Assembly: GCA_026394495.1 (NCBI GenBank)
Contig: JAPKYE010000009.1
Location: 262-64,261 of the forward strand
From: Methanobacteriota archaeon
Lineage (GTDB): Archaea > Thermoplasmatota > E2 > DHVEG-1
Direction: 5' to 3'
DNA: 64,000 nt
Shown: positions 19,519 through 30,138 of the stretch, in pieces
Numbering within the stretch: position 1 is the first letter of the stretch
Layout: each line of letters opens with the position of its first letter
Notes under the pieces: model-generated
Told to the model about the DNA's origin: nothing
Databases searched by the model: none
What the model saw: only the letters and a program-made list of their open reading frames with translations
Made by a program: the position numbers and the translations under genes

Positions 19519-19567
19519 ATATGTTTATATAGCGAGAAAACCGACATTATTACTATAATATTGAAAT

Positions 19568-20470
19568 GTGAGGAATAGTATGAACCAACTGTTCAGAGGT
19601 TATGTCGATTTACTCAGGCCATTTACGCTTCTTGCACCACTTGTGGTTTCCAGCTGTGTCATGATCGCAAGTTTTGTGTATACGGGAAAACTAGATTTTT
19701 CTTTTTCAACGATCGTATTCACTATTCTTGCCGCGAGTTTCACTTTAGCGTTGGTTAACGGAGCATCAAATGCACTGAACCAGGCAACAGATATCCACGA
19801 GGATCGCCTGTCAAAACCCTACCGGCCTATTCCACGAGGCATCATCACATCAAAAGAAGCAAAAATAACTGCAAGTGTATTGTATGCTTGTGCATTTCTC
19901 CTTTCGCTTACAGTTCATATCCTCTTTGCAGCATTCGTTGGCATAATCATGGTTTTTTCCATCACGTATTCCATTTATCCTCGGATGAAACGTGTTCTGT
20001 CCATGAATCAACTTTGGGTTGCACTCCCCAGAGGACTTTTTGGTATTCTTGCTTCGTGGAGTGTTTTTAGTGATCCGTTTCAACCGGTTCCACTCGCTAT
20101 CGGGTCCATTGCCGCATTATTTTTATTTGGTGGAACCACAACTAAAGATATTCTTGATGCATCTGCAGATAAAACCGCTGGGATTCAGACCCTTGTGAAT
20201 GTCGTTGGTGTGAAAACCACTGCATGTATCGCATGTCTCTGTATGAGCACTGCGTTTCTACTGATACCTCTTTTGATCATGTTCAAAGTCCTTGCATTGT
20301 ATCTTCTGCCCTTAGCACTTCTCAGTGTTCTTGCATTGTATATCGCCTGGTTGATGACCCATGATAAGAAAAACGAACGATACGAAAACACGTCATCCTG
20401 GACGTTGATGTATGCCACGTATCTTCTTTTTGCGTTAGGGTTCGCGTTTCTCACGATTTCTTTTTCGTAA
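19568..20470 (+). CDS. UbiA-family prenyltransferase (NQxxDxxxD variant)
   Basis: YVDLLRPFTLLAP, then NALNQATDIHEDRLSKPYRPIPRG Asp-rich motif, 8-9 TM helices. Paralog of 23760-24716. Confidence 0.7.
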   Translation: MRNSMNQLFRGYVDLLRPFTLLAPLVVSSCVMIASFVYTGKLDFSFSTIVFTILAASFTLALVNGASNALNQATDIHEDRLSKPYRPIPRGIITSKEAKITASVLYACAFLLSLTVHILFAAFVGIIMVFSITYSIYPRMKRVLSMNQLWVALPRGLFGILASWSVFSDPFQPVPLAIGSIAALFLFGGTTTKDILDASADKTAGIQTLVNVVGVKTTACIACLCMSTAFLLIPLLIMFKVLALYLLPLALLSVLALYIAWLMTHDKKNERYENTSSWTLMYATYLLFALGFAFLTISFS

Positions 20471-23400
20471 AAAACGGTGCTTAACATCCCATAGTGTAGC
20501 AAGAATCAGTAAAAGACTTGCAAGTAATACTAGGAAGAAACCAATGCCAAGTCCCCAATGAGATGAGAACGCAACTGTTGCATCATTGATCATAAAATTT
20601 ATTATGCCTTCTCCTTGGATTTGGCCGATGCTTGCTTCGCACAGTTTACTTGCACCGGTATAATATACGCTAAGAAACGCAAATAAGAAAACGATGCAGC
20701 CAACATTGAACGCCCATGCAACTTTTTTCTGGCCAAATCTCTTTAGTATGATATTTATTCCGATCAGTGCACATGCAACATAGAGTACAAAGGGGAGTTT
20801 TCCTAAAAAATCGATGAAGATATCAGGCATGGCAGCAAGACTATACAGGTTTTGCCCGTTTATCGTGGTTGATTCAATCATCACCGGGGGGTCAAGGTAC
20901 ATATGTGTTGTTCGTTCAAGTGGTGGCTGCATGCATGACCCAACAAGTGACCACCACGGTTGGATAACAGATAATAACAAAAGTGCGATGGCGCCTCCTT
21001 TGAGTAAACCTGCAACGGAGACTTTTTTCAATAGCACAAAGATGATGAGAAGTCCAAGAACAACACTTGCGATCCCGCTAAGAATAGTGGGAAGCATCGA
21101 CTGCAGCGTTGTCACAATCTGGACAGTGCGATCATTTGTTAGGGATATTTCGGTTTGTCCAACAAGAGTATCTTGCTGGTAGACCTTGATGATATAGGCT
21201 GCAGGTGGCAATGTGCAAAAAAGATCGCCTTTGGTACATTGATAAACTTCTTTTCCCTGGCGGATATAAATAGATGTGAAAGAGGTACTGTTCAGTGGGT
21301 TTCCCTGTGCATCAAACAACTTGATTTGAAGATTAAAAGCTGCGGTAAACGGCATTTGGATGAATGTCCCATCATCAGGAATCGTTACTTCTTGTTCGTT
21401 TACCATATCTGCGTAGGATGCCTGTAGTGTATAGGTGCCTTCAGGGATGTCCTCAAAATAAAACGTACCCTTTGTAGTCTCCACTGATGAAATCTGTCCT
21501 GCATCTGGATACGTTGGGTTAAATAATGTAGGATGAACGACAACATCAGGTGGTAAATCTAAACTGTCTCTCAATTCAACGGTAAGGTCATATAATCCGA
21601 TCGTGACGGGTATATCAAGTTTCCATAATGTGTTTTTTAGTTGTTGGTTATAAATGCGAAATCCTCGGTAATATGCTTGTATCTGATAAGAATCCCTTGT
21701 GCTATAGGGGGCATTGAGTTGTGCTTCACCTTGTTCATTGGTTGTATTCTGAACAAGTATTACTTGATCTTTATTAAGTAAAAAGACAGTAATCCCTGAA
21801 ATCCCTTTAGCATCCTGGTCGGAAAACTGAACAAAAATATTTCGCTGCCAGGTACACATCACCCGTACCATGGTTTTTTGAGGTACATCAATTACTTCAG
21901 CACCAACAAACAGTCGATTTGCGTCTCGTGTTTTTCGATACACCTTGACCACATAGGTTCCCTCGGTGAGATTATGAAACGTAGTATATGATCTCGTGAG
22001 TAAAATGCGTTCTACCATCGATGATGTTATTAGTTGTTCATTATGGTAAAGCTCGATAATCATCACTGGTAAGGGTAACTGGGTTCGATTCACAATAAAT
22101 GGAAACGATAACCATGTGCCTCCATAATGAGTTACTACTGTTACATCAAAGGTTTTTTGCTCTTGCTCAAATAAAGAATCCGCAGAAGGACCTCGGTTTT
22201 TTATTAATGTCTGGTACAGTGCTGCTTCATTTTGTACTGTGGTATATCCGTCGGTCTCAGCGGTGAATAGTTCTGCATCAAATTCGACGATGAGGTCTCG
22301 CGGGATAAAAAGATCATGAGTGGATCCTTTTTCGTAAGAATTTCTCCCAAAGTTAATCGCGGCATAATCAATCTCAGTACCAAGGAAATTAAAATATTCT
22401 CGTTCTGCAACTTTTATTTGGATTCCATCGCGTTCTTCGGTTCCTTGGGTGACAAATCCTGTGTTTGATGCGAAAATCAGTGCCTGACTTTTTCCTTTGA
22501 TGCCGTTACCATAAGAAAGCCAAGCGTCATTCCCAAGATCTGCGTCATCCATGTAGGAGATGACCCATTCTCGGTCTTTTGTTTCCGGGTTTGTGTTCAT
22601 CGCGTATTCTTCGACCTTGCTGTTATCTCCTGCAAAATCCAAATACGGCTGGATGTCACCAAAGTTGAGTTTTTGCATTGCTGCGTTTCGAGATTTAAAC
22701 GAGAGCAATGAACCATATCGTCCATCAATATTTTCTTCGCCACGAACAACGAGGTCTTTAGAGGTTTGATGTTTCACATGGACGCTGATGCGTTTGTTTT
22801 CTTGGGGGGTGTAATAGTATTTGTAGATCACTGTGGTGCGTATACTTCCATCTGAGGTTTCACTGATGATTCCGAATTCAACCATTATGTTGCCATCGAT
22901 TTTGATTTTTTTAGAAATAAAAGTCTGATCTGAGGAAATTTCATCAGTATCTTTCTTCCCTGTCGCATAGGAAAAAGCGAATGAGGCGATTTGATCTGCG
23001 TTGAGGATATCAAAAACACTGGTTTTTGGTTTTTGTTTCATGATTACTTGAGAGAGACATCGGTCAAGAAACTGACCTTTTTGTCCAACTCCATAGATGT
23101 AATATCCATCTTGTTTTACCCCGTAATAGGATGCCTCGGCAGAAATACCTGCAATGGGGCTAGAAAAATAGTAGGAGTCTTCAACGGATACATGGTCCTT
23201 GTAGGTAACAGATGGTTTCTCTTGGTCATCATAATACACATGGTATTGTTCGTTTCCGTTTGCGTATTCAGGGACAAGGAAGACAATGCTGCATTCCTTG
23301 ATGGTGTCCGTAGTAACATATTGGAGGTCGTAGATTTGGGACTCGAGTTCATGCCAGTTGTTTCCGTCCCAGCAGCAGACCCGTATCGAGTGTTGTGTTT

Positions 23401-23626
23401 CGTTTTTTGCCCAGCAAGGATTTGTAAAAGAGATGTGAATATCGATTGATTGAAAGACTGCAGATGGGGTGTTGGTTGATATGGGGAGTGGTATCTGCTG
23501 TTGATATGACCAATCAGGGTTCCATGTAGGGACATTTGTGTCCTGTGATGATCCAGGGGTTGGTAATATGCAGAGTAAGAGAAAAATAGGCAGAAGATAT
23601 CCAGTTGCCACTCGTTTGATGTCCAT
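20435..23626 (-). CDS. large secreted surface protein with carboxypeptidase-regulatory-like beta-sandwich domains and a C-terminal ~5-6 TM membrane domain
   Basis: Signal peptide MDIKRVATGYLLPIFLLLCILPTPGSS, repeated G.Y...V...G.Y modules (for example EGTYVVKVYRKTRDANRLFV), and C-terminal hydrophobic helices. Confidence 0.55.
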   Translation of the reverse strand: MDIKRVATGYLLPIFLLLCILPTPGSSQDTNVPTWNPDWSYQQQIPLPISTNTPSAVFQSIDIHISFTNPCWAKNETQHSIRVCCWDGNNWHELESQIYDLQYVTTDTIKECSIVFLVPEYANGNEQYHVYYDDQEKPSVTYKDHVSVEDSYYFSSPIAGISAEASYYGVKQDGYYIYGVGQKGQFLDRCLSQVIMKQKPKTSVFDILNADQIASFAFSYATGKKDTDEISSDQTFISKKIKIDGNIMVEFGIISETSDGSIRTTVIYKYYYTPQENKRISVHVKHQTSKDLVVRGEENIDGRYGSLLSFKSRNAAMQKLNFGDIQPYLDFAGDNSKVEEYAMNTNPETKDREWVISYMDDADLGNDAWLSYGNGIKGKSQALIFASNTGFVTQGTEERDGIQIKVAEREYFNFLGTEIDYAAINFGRNSYEKGSTHDLFIPRDLIVEFDAELFTAETDGYTTVQNEAALYQTLIKNRGPSADSLFEQEQKTFDVTVVTHYGGTWLSFPFIVNRTQLPLPVMIIELYHNEQLITSSMVERILLTRSYTTFHNLTEGTYVVKVYRKTRDANRLFVGAEVIDVPQKTMVRVMCTWQRNIFVQFSDQDAKGISGITVFLLNKDQVILVQNTTNEQGEAQLNAPYSTRDSYQIQAYYRGFRIYNQQLKNTLWKLDIPVTIGLYDLTVELRDSLDLPPDVVVHPTLFNPTYPDAGQISSVETTKGTFYFEDIPEGTYTLQASYADMVNEQEVTIPDDGTFIQMPFTAAFNLQIKLFDAQGNPLNSTSFTSIYIRQGKEVYQCTKGDLFCTLPPAAYIIKVYQQDTLVGQTEISLTNDRTVQIVTTLQSMLPTILSGIASVVLGLLIIFVLLKKVSVAGLLKGGAIALLLLSVIQPWWSLVGSCMQPPLERTTHMYLDPPVMIESTTINGQNLYSLAAMPDIFIDFLGKLPFVLYVACALIGINIILKRFGQKKVAWAFNVGCIVFLFAFLSVYYTGASKLCEASIGQIQGEGIINFMINDATVAFSSHWGLGIGFFLVLLASLLLILATLWDVKHRFLRKRNREKREP

Positions 23627-23759
23627 TTTCTTCCTTCGTAGAGGAGTTTTCTATTTGTCAATTATATATATTCTAGTGATATTAAGTAGTTTTGATGATA
23701 TAAGAACCTTTTTCTCTTTATAACCTGAGGAACAACAGGGTATCTCTTGGAGGGGGTGG

Positions 23760-24716
23760 TTAGAGTGGAAGACTTGGCAGGAGTCCTTGTTGTCCGAGGA
23801 TAATGAGTACGGAAAATCCAACTGCGAAAAACAGGTATTCTAAATACATAAGTACCCAGGCATGGACGTTTTCAAGTGATTTACTTTCACTGTGTTTCAA
23901 CATGAGGTAAAAGACAAAAAAACTTGGGATAACAAAAAATGTGAGCGGCCACAGATACGAGTTAAGTATATTTAGCTTCACAAATAGGGGGACTAGGGCA
24001 AAGGGCAGAATCATAAACGGCATGCAGATATACGCTGTTTTTTTGAGGCCGTAGGTGTTAATGAGTGTGCGTGTTCCAGTTCGTTCATCTGCGACTGCGT
24101 CAGTGATATCTTTTGTTGCCATTGCACCTAAGAAAAAGACCATGGCAATTATCCCTATTATTAGCGGTTCTTTTTGGAAGGGATCGCCAAACACGCTCCA
24201 TCCTGCAAGAATACCTAATAGTCCTCGAGGAATCGCTATCCAGAGTTGGTTCACAAACAATACTTTTTTCATTCGAGGTGGAAGTGAATATGTCACCGTA
24301 AAGATCATTATGAGGAAGACAAAGATACCAAACCATAAATTAATCGTAATCGCACGTAGAAGAACAAATAGATACAGGATAAAAGCGATGCTTTGTGCTT
24401 CATCTCGCCCAACAATCCCACGGGGTATTGGTCGATATGGTTTTGAGATCGTGTCTGCTTCGACATCGGTCGCTTGATTCAGGGAATTTGAGGCAGCATT
24501 AATCAATGCAAGGGTAAGGCTTGCTTGTGCAATTGTCACCCACCAGTCTGGTGTCGTTTCAAGCTTGTTGTTGTAGATAAGGCTTGCAAACATGATAAAC
24601 ATTGAAACAAAAATCGGTGCAAGTAGTGTAAACGGTCGTAAGAGATCTATATATCCTCTTATTCGTGGTGAAAGAATTCTTGTTTTTCCATAGGGGTCTT
24701 TCATTGTTAGTTTCAT
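23760..24716 (-). CDS. UbiA-family prenyltransferase (paralog of 19568-20470)
   Basis: YIDLLRPFTLLAP, SLNQATDVEADTISKPYRPIPRG. Lies directly upstream of and co-oriented with the 1063-aa surface protein. Confidence 0.7.
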   Translation of the reverse strand: MKLTMKDPYGKTRILSPRIRGYIDLLRPFTLLAPIFVSMFIMFASLIYNNKLETTPDWWVTIAQASLTLALINAASNSLNQATDVEADTISKPYRPIPRGIVGRDEAQSIAFILYLFVLLRAITINLWFGIFVFLIMIFTVTYSLPPRMKKVLFVNQLWIAIPRGLLGILAGWSVFGDPFQKEPLIIGIIAMVFFLGAMATKDITDAVADERTGTRTLINTYGLKKTAYICMPFMILPFALVPLFVKLNILNSYLWPLTFFVIPSFFVFYLMLKHSESKSLENVHAWVLMYLEYLFFAVGFSVLIILGQQGLLPSLPL

Positions 24717-24953
24717 TGAGGTCCATTCTCCATTTTCTGTACTAACGGGGGTGCTCTTTTTACACTATGTGGAAGATAAGTTGCGATGTATCCTGCAGAA
24801 CTTCTTTACTTCCTTTGTTAATAATAAGTAGGATGTTGAGTATAAATACTTTGTTTTTTTTTCGTATGAGTCCTGTTCATCGAGAATTACTACGCTGTAT
24901 TAGTAATAAGATATGGGCGAAAATATTGGGTGATGATTTTCGAGCGTAACCGT

Positions 24954-25304
24954 TTACTTTTGTTTGTTCATAGATATAATGAGTTCTTTCCCAAAATCTG
25001 TGAGTTTGTAGATCTTGGTATTTTTCTCGTTGATTATCTCTTCAACTATCGTAAGATTCAGAAGGGATTCGTCGTCTTTGTAGCGTTCATCCATTCCGCG
25101 GATTGCACCGATAACGTTTGTCGGCGTCGTCTGAATACGATACGCGATATCGGCAGTGTAACTTCCATTTGGCCCGATATCAAAAAGGTAATCTGCGATT
25201 TTTTTCCGCACGCAACTTCTGCGAAGTGCACGCATCGCTAAGGGTTTTTTCACAAAAATAGATTGATCTACTTCTTGTGTCTGTCGCATCCCGTCCATAT
25301 GCAT
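24954..25304 (-). CDS. winged-helix transcriptional regulator (archaeal small wHTH)
   Basis: IADYLFDIGPNGSYTADIAYRIQTTPTNVIGAIRGM helix-turn-helix-like segment. Confidence 0.4.
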   Translation of the reverse strand: MHMDGMRQTQEVDQSIFVKKPLAMRALRRSCVRKKIADYLFDIGPNGSYTADIAYRIQTTPTNVIGAIRGMDERYKDDESLLNLTIVEEIINEKNTKIYKLTDFGKELIISMNKQK

Positions 25305-25405
25305 CCCTACGTAGGGATATGATTTCTCCTTAATAAATTATTTTCTTTCGGATATGTACCTGCATATGCATCAGTATAGATATCTACATATCAGGATTAT
25401 TCATG

Positions 25406-26794
25406 CTACGTCATATGGGCTTGTACGAGTTGTGCTGAGTTTAGAGCGCAATTAATACCAACGCCTGGTGCTTTGACACAATCACCGACAAGATAGAGGT
25501 TTTCTACTGGTGTTTTGATCTCGGGTTTGATGTCGGTTATTGTCTTTGCTACGCCATCAAGCTGCCAGATAGCTGGATATAGTGCCCAATCTAAATTTGA
25601 ACGGTACTCTGGGATTAACTGGTGTAATTGATTATCGAGTATCTCTCGCAGATGATCAACAGTTGTTTTTGTTTTTGCTTCTTTTGGCGTGCAGATAATG
25701 TAGGATTGAACAAGATAATGTGATTGTGGGCTGAGTCGTGATTCAGGTAGTGCTGTCATAAAATCAATCATTCCCACTGCGTCGTTTCCATTGACTCCTG
25801 CATTTCGCTGGATGAAAATAAATGTTTTTCCTAGTAAGCGTGCATCGACATGTTTGAGGGAATAGTATGCGCAGAGGCTTCCGGTTCCTTCTAATGATTT
25901 TACTGTGTTCACGTACTCGGAAGGAAAATGTTTTTCTTGTGCAATCGTAAATAAATCTTGAACAAGAGTGTTTGATATCACAGCGTCAAACGATTGGTCT
26001 TTTCCGTCTGCAACTATTCCAGTTGCTTTTCCGTTGGTAATTGAAATGCCGCTGACAGGTGTGTTGAGATGGATGGTTCCCTTGTTTTGTATGATGCATT
26101 GAACAATAGCATCAGAAATATATGTGAGGCCAAATTGTGGGTATCCCACGGGTTTTGCTCCTTGTAACAGGTTTTTCTGGGCGCGAAATGTCTCACCTGT
26201 AGAGATTGTATCAAGGTTGTTTACTGTTGTGATCACACGTGGAAAAACCTCAAGCACAAGTTTCATTTTTCCTTTTCCGTATTTTTTGATGGTCTCAGTC
26301 ATTGATATCTTATCGAGTTGTTTCATGGTTGATTCCCGGGCAAAGATAAGTCTGAGGATCAGCGGAATCATCTTGAATTTATCACCTTTGGAAAGGAACG
26401 GATAGTTAAACCCGTTTTCGTGGATATATCCAAGTCGCGAGCCCAGTAGGTTAACCTGTTGTTTGAATGGTGAAAGCATCTGTTGAAGATATGTTTGGAC
26501 TTCTCCGCCTATTACATGAAACCCCAGATCTAGGGTGTATCCGTTGAGCATCTTTTTTTCAAAGATTGTGTCAAGAGGTGGGTCTGAGAACGGAAGAGTC
26601 ATATGTGTTTTTGAGAGAATTGATGTATATTCGTCGAGTGTAAGATCGTCTCCTTTGAATGATCGTGCTCGTCCACCGACACATTTTTCTTTTTCAAATA
26701 TGTGGACGGTGTGTCCTTGTTTTGTGAGAAGCAGACCGGTTGTTAACCCGCCGATTCCTGCTCCGATGATGCAGATGTTTTTTTTTGTTGTCAT
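25406..26794 (-). CDS. CrtI-family (phytoene desaturase-like) FAD-dependent oxidoreductase
   Basis: N-terminal ICIIGAGIGGLTTGLLL...EKEKCVGGRARSF dinucleotide fold of the amine-oxidase/CrtI type. C-terminal LYLVGDCVKAPGVGI. Confidence 0.65.
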   Translation of the reverse strand: MTTKKNICIIGAGIGGLTTGLLLTKQGHTVHIFEKEKCVGGRARSFKGDDLTLDEYTSILSKTHMTLPFSDPPLDTIFEKKMLNGYTLDLGFHVIGGEVQTYLQQMLSPFKQQVNLLGSRLGYIHENGFNYPFLSKGDKFKMIPLILRLIFARESTMKQLDKISMTETIKKYGKGKMKLVLEVFPRVITTVNNLDTISTGETFRAQKNLLQGAKPVGYPQFGLTYISDAIVQCIIQNKGTIHLNTPVSGISITNGKATGIVADGKDQSFDAVISNTLVQDLFTIAQEKHFPSEYVNTVKSLEGTGSLCAYYSLKHVDARLLGKTFIFIQRNAGVNGNDAVGMIDFMTALPESRLSPQSHYLVQSYIICTPKEAKTKTTVDHLREILDNQLHQLIPEYRSNLDWALYPAIWQLDGVAKTITDIKPEIKTPVENLYLVGDCVKAPGVGINCALNSAQLVQAHMT

Positions 26795-26796
26795 GT

Positions 26797-27831
26797 TTAC
26801 AGTCCTGGTCTGAAGAGTTTTTCTCCGATGAGTGGTGCAAAAAGAATATACCAGATAAATGGAAGGATGAGTAGGAGTATTGCTGGGAGAATATCAATCA
26901 ATGGGATAAGCATGAGGGGGACAAGTGAGTATCTGAGAAATGTTTCTGCGGTGATAAGTTTTCTGATTTTATTTCGTTCAAATGTATGTAACATGAGGAG
27001 TTTTGCGCTGATGAAGAGTACTCCAATGGCGAAGAGTGCAAGGAGGAATAGATGAATGAGATGCCATATTTCGAAAGTAAATAATGATGAGGTTACTATG
27101 AAAGGAACAAACACGAATGTTACTGCGCAGAGTTGTATCGCAAATCCAAAAATTTTGAACGAAGCAGGGATGATAAGTTTTTGCTCATCTGTTACGCGAA
27201 CTCCGCTTGCTAGAGCGATGTTTTTTACGTTCATGAGTGGATCGTGATCGGCGTCTTTTATCCCACCTTCGATTGCATTCATGAAGAGGAGCTGGCAGAA
27301 TGTTAAGATAAAAATTACCCATGTAAATAGTGTTAATTGTGAGGTTGTTTGGATGACCATGAGAGCACCAAAGAGTACAAGGAATGCTTCGGAGAGTGCG
27401 ACAAGAAAATCAGATCCGATGAGTTTTTTTCCGTAGATGTTATAAACGGTTCCGAGACCTGCGGATAGGAGAATGCACAGTAAACCAAGGAAAAACGCTG
27501 GGCGTGGAGGCGTATAAAATACAAGAAAAATAGTGATGAGTGCGCCGATGAAGCAGAGACTGCAGATGAGCAGCGCGGTTTTTTTCGAAATCGTTCCTTT
27601 TACAAGAGGCCTGTTGGACAGTTCTTTTGAGAGTTTATCGACGTTTACATCAATGATGTCGTTGAGGACAAACCCGTAGATTGATGTGAATGCTCCAATG
27701 AGAAAGAGGATGCTGAGCGGTATCAAATCAAGGACGCCTACGCTTATTGCACCAAACACTGGTGCTATTGATAGGCCCGCAAGTCCCGGTAATCGAAGGA
27801 GTCGCGTATAATCAGAAATAATCTGCCGCAT
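26797..27831 (-). CDS. UbiA-family prenyltransferase (canonical NDxxDxxxD)
   Basis: YGFVLNDIIDVNVDKLSKELSNRPLVKGTIS. Start moved to the internal Met (ATG at 27831) to remove overlap with the upstream paralog. Confidence 0.65.
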   Translation of the reverse strand: MRQIISDYTRLLRLPGLAGLSIAPVFGAISVGVLDLIPLSILFLIGAFTSIYGFVLNDIIDVNVDKLSKELSNRPLVKGTISKKTALLICSLCFIGALITIFLVFYTPPRPAFFLGLLCILLSAGLGTVYNIYGKKLIGSDFLVALSEAFLVLFGALMVIQTTSQLTLFTWVIFILTFCQLLFMNAIEGGIKDADHDPLMNVKNIALASGVRVTDEQKLIIPASFKIFGFAIQLCAVTFVFVPFIVTSSLFTFEIWHLIHLFLLALFAIGVLFISAKLLMLHTFERNKIRKLITAETFLRYSLVPLMLIPLIDILPAILLLILPFIWYILFAPLIGEKLFRPGL

Positions 27832-27878
27832 TGAGCAAAAGGAAAACCTGTTTGCTATTTGAGCTTTTCTGAGCGGGC

Positions 27879-28886
27879 TTACATGGTTTTTGGCTGCAGC
27901 CAGGTTCCATGTAAAATGAAATTGGAGAAAAGGAATCCAAGCGCGGGGAAGATAATAATGATAAGTGCCCATGGGGTAAGAGTCATGAGGAGAACTGGGA
28001 CGAGTGCGAAGTTTGTGTAGTAATGTAGTCCAATATATTTACGCATGGTGTCTCGGTTGAATTGTTGTGTGGCAAGAAGTTTAGTTGAGAAGAACAGCAT
28101 AAGAAAGCCAATGAGAATGAGGAGTATCCATTGTATAAGGAATGGTGAATCGATGAAGGTTGTGATGATGACAAACGGCAGGAAGACAAAAATGATGTCA
28201 AGAAGCTGAATTCCATATGCTACGAATTTAAAACCAAGTGATATCTTTAACTCCTGATGTACGACACGAACACCTAGTTTTACGGCTAGGGTGTTTGCCC
28301 CTTTTCTGAAATCGTTTTCTATGTCTTTTAGTCCGCCTGCGACTATGTTCATGAACAGGACTTGGATGGTACCAAGGATACACACGATCCAGACAATGAG
28401 TGGAAGTTGGTAAAGAAATGATACTTTGGTTGATGCACCGTAGAGCACAAGGAAAAAGACGCCAGCACCAAGGATGAAATCAGTCAGAGGTAGTTTCTTG
28501 CTGATGAGGTCATATAAGGTGATGAAGCACGCGGAGATGATAAGGATGAACAACGGCAGATAATTGTTTGATACTAACGATAGATAGATTGCAAGAAGGA
28601 ATGCAAGGATGAGTGCTGAAAGAGCGAACGCCCATGCGCGATCCATGGAAATCGTTCCACTGACTAATGGTCGGTCTGTGATTCCGCTTTCATATCGATC
28701 GATTTTGTAGTCAAGGATGTCGTTGAGTACAAACCCATATGTGTGACCAAGGAAACCGATGAGGAATAAAAAGAACAGAAGAGTAAGATCATATTGTTGC
28801 ATCGCAATTGCACCCATCACCGGTGAAATGCCGGTAAGGACTGCGTTAAATGATCGTGCAAGTTTCAGGTACTCTCGTATCACCAT
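27879..28886 (-). CDS. UbiA-family prenyltransferase (tandem paralog)
   Basis: YGFVLNDILDYKIDRYESGITDRPLVSGTIS. Polytopic membrane protein. Confidence 0.7.
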   Translation of the reverse strand: MVIREYLKLARSFNAVLTGISPVMGAIAMQQYDLTLLFFLFLIGFLGHTYGFVLNDILDYKIDRYESGITDRPLVSGTISMDRAWAFALSALILAFLLAIYLSLVSNNYLPLFILIISACFITLYDLISKKLPLTDFILGAGVFFLVLYGASTKVSFLYQLPLIVWIVCILGTIQVLFMNIVAGGLKDIENDFRKGANTLAVKLGVRVVHQELKISLGFKFVAYGIQLLDIIFVFLPFVIITTFIDSPFLIQWILLILIGFLMLFFSTKLLATQQFNRDTMRKYIGLHYYTNFALVPVLLMTLTPWALIIIIFPALGFLFSNFILHGTWLQPKTM

Positions 28887-28994
28887 GGATTATGAGATAC
28901 ATATTCGTAATGAGCATAAAAAACCATCGCTGAATGTATCGGTGTCGAATCAGAGAATTATCGACAGTTGACGAATATTTGATTAGAATTTGAC

Positions 28995-29666
28995 TCAAAA
29001 CGATAGGAGTTGAACTATTCCATGATGAACAAGGAAGATGGCAGCACCGATGTAGGATACTGATATAATTGAAATGAAAAGCTTTCTGTTTTCAGACAAT
29101 GATGATCGATTGATGAGTTGTGTTGCCAGTGCCATGAAAAAGAGTATCAGGAACCAGTCAAGAAAGTTTGTGAATGGCACACCATAAAACGATGAGTTTG
29201 TTGTTGATTCTGTCCATACCCACCAGTGGTTGTGATGCGCTATAGGGTCTTCCAAGAGGTCAAAGCAGACTCCGAATATTCCGGCAAGAAAAGATATCGC
29301 AATTATTCGAAACATGGTAAGTTTTTTAAATAATGTGTTTCCTATGCGTTCGCCGATATTGAGAAAAATAAATAGATTTGTGCTCCATCCAAGAAGAATG
29401 ATGAGTGGTACGGTCCCGCTGATGACTGAAAAATATATGAGATACCCGGGGTAAATGTATCGTCCGCTTGCTGCTGCTGATGCCTCTAAAAACAATGCAG
29501 CGATCATCATGGGGACGAAATATCGTAATGTTTTTCGTACATGGTTTTTTTTCAATGAATAAAGTATGAGTGTTATCCAGAGTATACTAATGGTGAGAAT
29601 GAAAATAATAAGATATTCTGAGCCTGTACCAAATTCGCTAAGTCCGTGGATTTCAAGAAATGACAT
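28995..29666 (-). CDS. polytopic membrane protein, possibly a carotenoid hydratase (CruF/DUF422-like)
   Basis: 6-7 TM helices and a His-rich HHNHWWVW segment. Assignment is by context only. Confidence 0.3.
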   Translation of the reverse strand: MSFLEIHGLSEFGTGSEYLIIFILTISILWITLILYSLKKNHVRKTLRYFVPMMIAALFLEASAAASGRYIYPGYLIYFSVISGTVPLIILLGWSTNLFIFLNIGERIGNTLFKKLTMFRIIAISFLAGIFGVCFDLLEDPIAHHNHWWVWTESTTNSSFYGVPFTNFLDWFLILFFMALATQLINRSSLSENRKLFISIISVSYIGAAIFLVHHGIVQLLSF

Positions 29667-29672
29667 ATATGT

Positions 29673-29981
29673 TTACACCTTTGCTGTGTGACGTTTTCGA
29701 AGATTTAGTATTCCTATCATCAGAAGGGGTATGGTTGCGCATAATCCGCCTATGATTGTTATTTCGTATATCTGGGAGATCACGCCAGTACACATCATGA
29801 ATATTAGTCGGATGAGATACAAAAATAGTATGATGCTAAAACTGAATGTAAAGAGGTTGAACTCACCTAGCTCAATGCTTTGATATGGTTCTGTTTTTTC
29901 TTTTTTTCCGGTGTACCAGATTAAGATAGTAAGAATGATTCCTGCGCATACGATTGAGAAAAATAGCGGGATGTCGATCAT
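29673..29981 (-). CDS. small membrane protein (3 TM)
   Basis: Hydrophobic helices. Co-oriented with the upstream membrane protein. Confidence 0.3.
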   Translation of the reverse strand: MIDIPLFFSIVCAGIILTILIWYTGKKEKTEPYQSIELGEFNLFTFSFSIILFLYLIRLIFMMCTGVISQIYEITIIGGLCATIPLLMIGILNLRKRHTAKV

Positions 29982-30138
29982 ATCAATTCACTCCAGATGA
30001 TAATTGTATTTTTGGTGTATGATTGCATGGTATCTATCGTCTCTGTATGAGAAAATCATCTAATAAATTATCGTTTTTGTTGACAATACATTAAAATCAG
30101 AAAAATGTGTTACCTCTTTTGTTGTTGAGAGCAGTTGG

